From a virus, in the IMG/VR virus record IMGVR_UViG_3300017917_001687, positions 10,057 through 74,056 of that record: a stretch of 64,000 nt of DNA; one strand, written 5' to 3'. Position 1 is the stretch's first letter. Every line of letters starts with the position of its first letter. The translations under genes and the position numbers were made by a program. Of the stretch, positions 1 through 7,931 are shown piece after piece. The notes beneath the pieces were generated by a model that saw nothing but the letters and a program-made list of their open reading frames with translations, was not told the DNA's origin and searched no databases.

Positions 1-594
1 ATATTACCCAATGTGATAAATAAAAAATTTGTTAATAAGAATAAAAAAAACAACTCTGATAAAATTATTTTAGGTTGGTTTGGGAATGGTGGTCACATAA
101 GCTCTTTACAACAGATTAATGATATTATCTTAAAAATTTTAAATGAGAATGAAAACGTTTTTTTAAACTTATATTCAGATAATAATAATATTTTTGAGTT
201 ATTTAATCACCCAAAAACGAATAAAATAAACTATGTTTATAATTTTGAAATTTTTCAAGATAGTTTGAATGATGTTGATATAAATTTAGCACCACTAGAT
301 GAAAATTATTTTAATTTAAATAAATCAAACATAAGAATCATTTTACCCGGATATAAAGGTATACCTTCAGTTGCAACCAATTTTGGTGAATATAAAAAAA
401 TAGGAAAGGATAACATACTTTTATGTGATTCTGGTGAAGATTGGTATAATAATTTAATGTTGTTAATAAATGATTCAAACTTAAGAAAAAACATGGGATA
501 CAACATTCAAAAATATGTTGAGGAGTATTTTTCTTTTGAAAAATGGTCAACGATTAAAAGTAAAATGTTTAAAAATCTAATAAACAAAAACTAA
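1..594 (+). CDS. Glycosyltransferase, GT-B/GT4-like C-terminal domain (5'-truncated by window edge)
   Basis: Frame is open from base 1 (ILPNVINKK...). It has IILGWFGN and DINLAPLDENYFNLNKSNIR...GIPSVAT, typical of the GT-B donor-binding domain, and lies directly upstream of the GT polyprotein. Confidence 0.75.
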   Translation: MLPNVINKKFVNKNKKNNSDKIILGWFGNGGHISSLQQINDIILKILNENENVFLNLYSDNNNIFELFNHPKTNKINYVYNFEIFQDSLNDVDINLAPLDENYFNLNKSNIRIILPGYKGIPSVATNFGEYKKIGKDNILLCDSGEDWYNNLMLLINDSNLRKNMGYNIQKYVEEYFSFEKWSTIKSKMFKNLINKN

Positions 595-598
595 TAAT

Positions 599-3500
599 AT
601 GGTAATAGTACAGCTGGGTTCAAACAAGGGTAATGATAAATTAACCGAATACATTAAAAATAACAACATAAATTTAGAACTGGGTTTGTTTGTTGAAGCA
701 ATTCCATTCCATATAGATGAATTAAAAGAGTGTTATAAAGATTATCCTAATGCGGTGATAGAAAATAATGCAATAAAACTACCACGGGATGAAAAAACTG
801 AAATGGTTATTTATTACCACTTAGATGACGGACCAAAATATGAGGTTGCATCTTTTGATAAGAACCATATATTAAAACACTATACAACCGATAATATCGA
901 AAGTATTAAGGTACCATCAATGACCTTGGAAGAAATTTTGGATAAACACAACATAACAAAAATAGATTGGTTATTGATTGATGTTGAAGGTTTGGATGCC
1001 GAAATAGTTGAAACATTTAATTGGTCAAAATACGATATTGATAGAGTTGATGTTGAACATATACATTGGGGTATAAAAAGAGATTATTTATTCCAAAAGT
1101 TTTACGATATGGGGTATAAACATGTAGTGGCGAACGATGATAGATATGATGTTGCGTTTGAAAAAATTATTGTTAATGATCAAAAAATAGAACATTTTTA
1201 TCAAAACATTGGGGAGGATTGGTTTGGACATTCCAATTTTTATAGTGAAATTGTAAATAAATTCCCTGATGACTCACATTTTGTGGAGGTAGGTGTATGG
1301 AAAGGTAGGGGTGCTGCTTATATGGCCACAGAAATTATTAATTCTGGTAAAAAAATAAAATTTGATTGTGTGGATAATTGGGAGTATTCTGATTTACAAA
1401 AGGACATTCCTGAAAATTTATATGAAAATTTATATGAAACATTTTTAGAAAATGTAAAACCTGTTAAACATATGATTAACCCAATTAAGTTATTATCTCA
1501 TGATGCATCTAAATTATATGAAAACAATTCTTTAGATTTTGTCTTTATTGATGCGGCACACGATTATGAAAATGTTAAAAGAGACATTGAATCTTGGTTA
1601 CCAAAAATTAAGGTTGGTGGTATCTTAGCTGGTCACGATTATGAGACATCAATTGATGGTGTTAAAAGGGCTGTTGATGAAGTTTTTAAAAATAAAGAAA
1701 TAACAAATAAAGAAAATTGTTGGATATACGAAAAAAAAAATAATATGAAAAATTATAAAGTAATAGACACCTTTATTTTTGGTGGAGAACTAGAAATTCT
1801 AAAAATGAGATTGGATTATTTATATGATTCAGTTGATTATTTTGTTTTTTCTGAAGCAAATAAAACACATACTGGTGAACCAAAAGAACTAACTTTTTTA
1901 TCAAACATTGAAATGTTTGAAAGTTATAAGGATAAGATTCATTATGTGATTTATGAACCAGACATTACAAATTTAAATCTTAAGGTTACTCCAGAAGATA
2001 TTTTTAAATCTGATCTATGGAAATTAGAAAGAACTCAAAGAAATCAAGTTCATAGTAAAGTTATGGAATTATCCGATCAATCAACTATGATTTTACATTC
2101 CGATTGTGATGAATTTCCTGATAAAACAAAATTTGACGAATTAAGAGAAATGACCAAAGATTTATTTTTAGAGGTCGTATCTCTTGAACAACCAACATAC
2201 TATTACTCCCCTATAAATTTATTAGAAATGAGTTGGTATGGAACGGTTGCTTTCAATCACCAAACATTAATTAATTTATCGGATTATTTTTCTGTTAGAG
2301 AAAATAGATTTCAATCAAAACACCTTGAAAATGCTGGTTGGCACTTTTCATTTTTTGCAACACCAGAAAAAATTAAACATAAAATACAGACGTATACTCA
2401 CCAAGAATATAATACACCAGAAATTGTTAATATAGAAACGATTAAAAATAAAATTTATAATGGTTTAGATGTATTAAATAGATCTGATGTTAAAATTAAC
2501 AAATTAAGTGAAATCAGCTCAGAATTCCCGATGGAATTTCATAGACATGAATTATTTTTTAAAAATACATTTGATAGGGGTTATCTAAAACCGCAACAGG
2601 TTTATAGAAAAAACATATCGATGCAAATACCATTAGAAATTGAAAATCTTCAATTAACTGTTACAAATCATAATCCTAAAGTTATTGTTGAAATTGGTAC
2701 TGCCAATGGGGGTACACTCGCAAGATGGTTAGAAATACCATCATCAGAAACAATAATTTCGATTGATTACCCAGTAGGTATACATGGTGGTCAAGGATTT
2801 GAAGAAAGAACTTATGTAATATCTGATGCTGTAGAACAATCAAATTTGACTAAAAAAGAATTTTATGCGGTAAATGGTAATAGTAAAGATCCATATTTAA
2901 TTAATCGTGTTAACGAATTATTAAACGGAAGAAAAATTGACTTCTTATTCATAGATGGTGATCACACGTATGAAGGTGTAAAAGGTGATTTTGAAATTTA
3001 CAAACAATTTTTATCGGATGATGCTATTGTTGGATTTCACGATATTATCAATAGTGAATACCATATTCAACATAATTGTTATGTATCAAAGTTTTGGAAC
3101 GAACTAAAAGAAGAATACGAGTGTAAAGAATTTATTCATACTGAACATATTGATTTAAAGATGTTACCACATTTGGGACAAACAAAAAAAGATGGTGGAT
3201 TTGGTGGTATCGGTTTAATTGAATATAGAAAAAAAAAAGATTTAACGGATAATTTATCAATCATTGTCCCAATTTATGGAAATGTGGACGACACCATAAA
3301 TAATTTAAATATAACATTATCACACTCAAAAAATGTTGATGATGTTATATTGTATTCAAATGGTACTGATGATGAAGGTGTTAATAAATTAAAAAATTAT
3401 GCATCGTTTGATAGTAGAATTAAATTATTCACTATTGACAAACCAATTGGGTTTGTAAAAGCGGTAAACGAATCATTAAAGAAAACAAAGAATGAATTTA

Positions 3501-6500
3501 TTTTATGTTTAAACTCCGATGCTCATTTGTTTGGTGACTGGGAGAATAGATTACTACCTCTTTTTAAGAACGACAAGTATGGTGTTGTTGGACCAGTTAT
3601 GGCACGTGATTTCATTCTTGGTTGTTGTTTTGGTTTTAAAAAATCGGTAATAAACAAGATTGGTATGTTAGATGAGGGGTTTGGTTTGGGGTATGAGGAT
3701 GATGTTGAGTACTCGGAAAGAGTTAAAAATTGTGGGTATGAGTTAGGGTATTGTGAATATAAAGACGACTTTGGTTGGAATCCCATGATTAATTTTCCAA
3801 TTTACCACAAACAGGGTGACTCATTTAACAAAATAAGTAACAACATAATTGAAGATCTAGTAAACGTAAACTCAGAAAAAAGACTAAAATTTAAAACATT
3901 ACAAAATGTAACGTTATTAAAAAATTTAAATTATGAAGACGTATTACCATATTTAGAGACCAATGATAATTTAATAGTAATTAATAAATCAGGATCCGAA
4001 TTTGAAAAAATTAGAAACGATGAAAATATAATTAGAAAATGTAGAGTGTTTGAAATAACCTCAAGTATGGATATAAACCAAGTTATTGATTCACTTACAA
4101 AAGGAAAATCTTATGAAATAGTTGATTATAATTACGATGAGAAAATATCTTTGGTGGTTCCCATTTTTAATAATGTTGAAATTGCAATTGATAATATCAA
4201 CACAACTCTACAATCTTCAAAAAGAATAAATGAAGTTATTTTATTTTCAAATGGAACTAGTGATGAAGGTAATTCTTTACTAACGGACTTTGCAAATTCA
4301 AATAAAAATATTAAACTTTATTTCTCTAAAAACCCAATTGGTTTTGTTAAAGCAGTAAATGAAAGTTTCAAATTATGCACCAATGAATTAATTTTGTGTT
4401 TGAATAGTGATGCTAATCTATATTATGATTGGGAAGATAAACTAATGATTCTATTAAAAGATAGTTCAAATGGTTTAATTGGTCCTGTTGCTGTTAATTG
4501 TAATACAATATTAGGTTGTTGTTTTATAATAAGAAAAAGTTTATTAAATAAAATTGGAATGTTAAATGAAGGACTTGGAATGGGGTATTTTGATGATGCT
4601 GATTTAAGTTTTAGGGTTACGAATAACGGATTAAATTTAGGTTATCACCATACAATAAACTCATGGGATAATAACACAATGGTAATTGATTTTCCTTTTA
4701 ATCACTCACAAGGATTAAGTTTTTCCCAATTAAATATAGAATCCACCAATAGTGAATTAAAAAGAAATGAAAAAAAATTAAAAAATTATTTTACATCTAA
4801 TAAAGTTTTAATTTTAAAGGATTTAACACAAGATAAAATAAAATCAATTATAGATGAGAATGGTGTCTACTTGGTTGTGAATAATAGCGGAGAAGAGTTT
4901 GAAAAAATTAGATATGATGAAGATATCGTATCAAAAACACATATTTTTGAATGTACAAATGAAATGAATATTGATGTGTTGATAGATTCTCTCACAAAAA
5001 ATAAAGAAAAATTTATTATAGACGATACTAACTACGAATCAATCAAAAGTGAAACAGATAAATTAATAATGAGGTATGATATAATTAACAGTTTAATTAA
5101 AAAAAATAATTATAAATCATATTTGGAAATAGGTGTAAGAATACCTGACAATTGTTTTGATTTGATTGAATGTGAAACTAAACACGGGGTAGACCCTATG
5201 GTTGAAGTGGATTATCCTGTTACATTTAAATTAACCTCTGATGATTTTTTTGATCAGAATACAAACACATATGATATAATTTTTATTGATGGATTACATT
5301 TAGATTATCAAGTAGAAAAAGATATCATCAATAGTTTAAAAATTTTAAATGACGGAGGAACCATTGTTTTACACGATTGTAATCCACCAGATGTTTATCA
5401 CCAGAGAGAAAATTATTATGACATTACAACGCCAGCAAATTGGGGTTGGACAGGAACTGTATGGAAAGCCGTTGTTAAAGTTAAGTCTGAAATTGATAAT
5501 ATAGATCTCTGTGTTGTGGATACGGATTATGGGGTTGGTATATTACAAAAATCAAATAATTCAAATAAAATAATTAATGACAATCCAAATTATTCTTTTG
5601 AAATCTTTGAACAAAATAAAAAATATTATTTAAATTTAATTTCTAGATTAGAGTTTTATCTAAAGTATATTTACGAACCCATAGAATTAAAAAAAAAATT
5701 AACTTGGTTAGCGAAGTATGATGATTATTCATCTATGGGTATTTTATCACAAAAAGTTTTAGAAAATCTTAAAAACACTGATATATCATGTAAAGAGATT
5801 ATTGGTAAAACAGAAACAGATAACAAACTTATCTTAGATTCAATTAAAAAATCAATTAATCATGAGTTGGGTATAATGTTTGCGTACCCTGACATGATAA
5901 ACGAGCTAAACACCTTTAAAACTAAAGTAATTTATACGGGTGTTGATACAACAGGTGGTATTCCAAACTTTGCGGAAAATTGTAATAAGGCAGATTTTTT
6001 ATTAACACCTTCAAATACATCAAAAGTTATGATGGAAAATCTTGGTGTAAAAAAACCAATTTTTGTTTTTCCACATGGTGTTGACACTGATTTATTTAAA
6101 TTTAAAGAAAGAAAAAAATCGGATGTGTTTAAATTCTTATATGTTGGGGAGTGTTCTGACAGAAAAGGTATATTTTCTTTATTATCTGCATTTACATATC
6201 TTTTTACTAATAATTTAAATGTTGAATTACACATAAAATCAAATACTGCAATGTTATTCTATGGTTCAGATAAAATAAACGAAATTATAAACACACATAA
6301 AAACATTATTTGGCGCGTGAGTAACGAAGGTCACGAAAAGGTGATTGAATTATATGACGAATGTAATGCATATGTTTACCCATCAAGAGCAGATACTTTT
6401 GGAATGACCTTAATTGAAGCAATGTCTTGTGGTTTACCGATAATATCAACAAACAACCCGGGTTCAACCGAATTAATTAAGGGTCGTTACTTTGAGGTTT

Positions 6501-7462
6501 CAAGTAAAAATGTTCCAGTTCAAAACCATCCATGGATGTTAGGTGAATGGGGTGAACCAAGTGTCACTGAGTTAATAAGACAAATGAAATATGTTTATAA
6601 TAATTACACCCAAATAGTTGGGTCTAACATTTTACCAAATAATTCAAAACATATTCAGGAAAACTACTCATGGGATAAGGTTGTTTTGAAGTTTGAAAAA
6701 GAAATATTACCAAACCTTAAAAAAAATAGAAAAGTAATTACATTATTAACATCTTTTAACAGACCACACCACATAAAAAATGTAATAAACTCACTAAAAG
6801 ACATTAGAGAAAATGATGTGGAAAATGTTATATATGTTGTGGAAAACTCAAACCAAGAAAATAAAGAAGAAATTTTAAACATAATCAAACAAAATATTGA
6901 TGATTTATTCATGATACATGTTTCTGAATTTAATTTAGGGCAGAGAGGTGCGTTGTTACAACTATTAGAGGATATTAATGTTGATGATTATGATTATATC
7001 CAATTTACCGACCAAGACAACATATTCAACGAACCAATAAGTACGTTTTGTGATATTTTAGATGAAAACCCAGATATGTTCTTCACAACAGGATATATGA
7101 GTAAAGAACACCCTGAACTTGGTTGGAGAAAAACTCGGTTTGGTAATCTTTGTGAAAAAAGGACTTTACGAGCAGGACACATGGTAATGAGAATTAGTGA
7201 TTTAAAATCATTGTTTCCAATACATTTAGACTCACAATATGGTAAAGAACACAACTCAACGTGGAATGCGGGGTTAGACTGGGAATTATCTTGTTGGAAT
7301 GCAAAATCACCAGGTAGAAGATTTGCTGGTAATATTGCTTTGTGTGTTCCAGGTGGTGTGTTACACAAGGGTATTGATAGTACAATGCATGAGTGGAATG
7401 TTGAAGAATATGAATATAAATTAGAAGAATTGATTAATTTAAGAAATAAAACCAACCATTAA
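599..7462 (+). CDS. 2287-aa methyltransferase/glycosyltransferase polyprotein (FkbM-MTase, MTase, GT17-like, MTase, GT2, GT2, MTase, GT4, GT-A-like)
   Basis: Approximate domains: FkbM-like VQLGSNKG...LLIDVEGLD (599-1170); class I SAM MTases with VEVGVWKG/FIDAAHDYE (1180-1740), VEIGTANGG/FIDGDHTYE (2620-3240) and LEIGV/FIDGLH (5069-5690); GT17-like IDTFIF..ELEILKMRL..HSDCDE..GWHFSF (1745-2570); two GT2 domains SIIVPIY/SLVVPIF..CLNSDA (3250-5030); GT4 FLYVGE..RKG..YVYPSRADTFGMTLIEAMSCGLP (5700-6720); GT-A LLTSFNRP..FTDQD (6730-7460). Confidence 0.85.
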   Translation: MVIVQLGSNKGNDKLTEYIKNNNINLELGLFVEAIPFHIDELKECYKDYPNAVIENNAIKLPRDEKTEMVIYYHLDDGPKYEVASFDKNHILKHYTTDNIESIKVPSMTLEEILDKHNITKIDWLLIDVEGLDAEIVETFNWSKYDIDRVDVEHIHWGIKRDYLFQKFYDMGYKHVVANDDRYDVAFEKIIVNDQKIEHFYQNIGEDWFGHSNFYSEIVNKFPDDSHFVEVGVWKGRGAAYMATEIINSGKKIKFDCVDNWEYSDLQKDIPENLYENLYETFLENVKPVKHMINPIKLLSHDASKLYENNSLDFVFIDAAHDYENVKRDIESWLPKIKVGGILAGHDYETSIDGVKRAVDEVFKNKEITNKENCWIYEKKNNMKNYKVIDTFIFGGELEILKMRLDYLYDSVDYFVFSEANKTHTGEPKELTFLSNIEMFESYKDKIHYVIYEPDITNLNLKVTPEDIFKSDLWKLERTQRNQVHSKVMELSDQSTMILHSDCDEFPDKTKFDELREMTKDLFLEVVSLEQPTYYYSPINLLEMSWYGTVAFNHQTLINLSDYFSVRENRFQSKHLENAGWHFSFFATPEKIKHKIQTYTHQEYNTPEIVNIETIKNKIYNGLDVLNRSDVKINKLSEISSEFPMEFHRHELFFKNTFDRGYLKPQQVYRKNISMQIPLEIENLQLTVTNHNPKVIVEIGTANGGTLARWLEIPSSETIISIDYPVGIHGGQGFEERTYVISDAVEQSNLTKKEFYAVNGNSKDPYLINRVNELLNGRKIDFLFIDGDHTYEGVKGDFEIYKQFLSDDAIVGFHDIINSEYHIQHNCYVSKFWNELKEEYECKEFIHTEHIDLKMLPHLGQTKKDGGFGGIGLIEYRKKKDLTDNLSIIVPIYGNVDDTINNLNITLSHSKNVDDVILYSNGTDDEGVNKLKNYASFDSRIKLFTIDKPIGFVKAVNESLKKTKNEFILCLNSDAHLFGDWENRLLPLFKNDKYGVVGPVMARDFILGCCFGFKKSVINKIGMLDEGFGLGYEDDVEYSERVKNCGYELGYCEYKDDFGWNPMINFPIYHKQGDSFNKISNNIIEDLVNVNSEKRLKFKTLQNVTLLKNLNYEDVLPYLETNDNLIVINKSGSEFEKIRNDENIIRKCRVFEITSSMDINQVIDSLTKGKSYEIVDYNYDEKISLVVPIFNNVEIAIDNINTTLQSSKRINEVILFSNGTSDEGNSLLTDFANSNKNIKLYFSKNPIGFVKAVNESFKLCTNELILCLNSDANLYYDWEDKLMILLKDSSNGLIGPVAVNCNTILGCCFIIRKSLLNKIGMLNEGLGMGYFDDADLSFRVTNNGLNLGYHHTINSWDNNTMVIDFPFNHSQGLSFSQLNIESTNSELKRNEKKLKNYFTSNKVLILKDLTQDKIKSIIDENGVYLVVNNSGEEFEKIRYDEDIVSKTHIFECTNEMNIDVLIDSLTKNKEKFIIDDTNYESIKSETDKLIMRYDIINSLIKKNNYKSYLEIGVRIPDNCFDLIECETKHGVDPMVEVDYPVTFKLTSDDFFDQNTNTYDIIFIDGLHLDYQVEKDIINSLKILNDGGTIVLHDCNPPDVYHQRENYYDITTPANWGWTGTVWKAVVKVKSEIDNIDLCVVDTDYGVGILQKSNNSNKIINDNPNYSFEIFEQNKKYYLNLISRLEFYLKYIYEPIELKKKLTWLAKYDDYSSMGILSQKVLENLKNTDISCKEIIGKTETDNKLILDSIKKSINHELGIMFAYPDMINELNTFKTKVIYTGVDTTGGIPNFAENCNKADFLLTPSNTSKVMMENLGVKKPIFVFPHGVDTDLFKFKERKKSDVFKFLYVGECSDRKGIFSLLSAFTYLFTNNLNVELHIKSNTAMLFYGSDKINEIINTHKNIIWRVSNEGHEKVIELYDECNAYVYPSRADTFGMTLIEAMSCGLPIISTNNPGSTELIKGRYFEVSSKNVPVQNHPWMLGEWGEPSVTELIRQMKYVYNNYTQIVGSNILPNNSKHIQENYSWDKVVLKFEKEILPNLKKNRKVITLLTSFNRPHHIKNVINSLKDIRENDVENVIYVVENSNQENKEEILNIIKQNIDDLFMIHVSEFNLGQRGALLQLLEDINVDDYDYIQFTDQDNIFNEPISTFCDILDENPDMFFTTGYMSKEHPELGWRKTRFGNLCEKRTLRAGHMVMRISDLKSLFPIHLDSQYGKEHNSTWNAGLDWELSCWNAKSPGRRFAGNIALCVPGGVLHKGIDSTMHEWNVEEYEYKLEELINLRNKTNH

Positions 7463-7464
7463 AA

Positions 7465-7472
7465 TATTTATA
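7465..7472 (+). promoter_or_regulatory. Putative late promoter TATTTATA
   Basis: Recurrent motif; 4 nt before ATG 7477. Confidence 0.55.
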
Positions 7473-7476
7473 TTTA

Positions 7477-7845
7477 ATGGAATTTTATATTAGACAAGGT
7501 TCTTCTGAACCAATTTTAAAATTAAGACTCGTTGATGATGGTAAAAATGACAAATCATCATTCAATGATAAATTAGAAAATTGTGATATCACCTTTGATA
7601 TGTACGATATTGAAACCGGTGAACCCGAAATATTGAATTCTGCTTGTCAGATAACAACAAGGGATAAAAAATATAATCAAACAACCGATGAATATTACAT
7701 TGTTCATCAGTTTACTGAGACCCAAACATCAAAATTGGGTAAATATGAGGGTAAAGTTACTGTACAATTCCTTGATACTAACCTAAATCCCACAACAAAA
7801 CTGATTTTACCAATCAAAGAAAAATTATTTATCACAATTTTTTGA
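7477..7845 (+). CDS. Virion protein, BppU-N/Ig-like beta-sandwich
   Basis: MEFYIRQG..P.LKLRL start and GKYEGKVTVQF resemble phage baseplate upper-protein N-terminal domains; late-promoter motif 4 nt upstream. Confidence 0.45.
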   Translation: MEFYIRQGSSEPILKLRLVDDGKNDKSSFNDKLENCDITFDMYDIETGEPEILNSACQITTRDKKYNQTTDEYYIVHQFTETQTSKLGKYEGKVTVQFLDTNLNPTTKLILPIKEKLFITIF

Positions 7846-7931
7846 TAATTACATATTTTTTTACTATCATTCTCCTATAAGACTAATTACGGGTGTTCCG
7901 TAAGCTAATGTGTCATTTAATTTAATTAATT

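Noticed and set aside
599-7462. Reading the region as a bacterial LPS/capsule locus or the MTases as DNA methyltransferases
   Set aside because: The context is entirely phage, no transport or polymerase (wzx/wzy/ABC) genes are present, and the MTases lack DPPY/NPPY or PCQ motifs.
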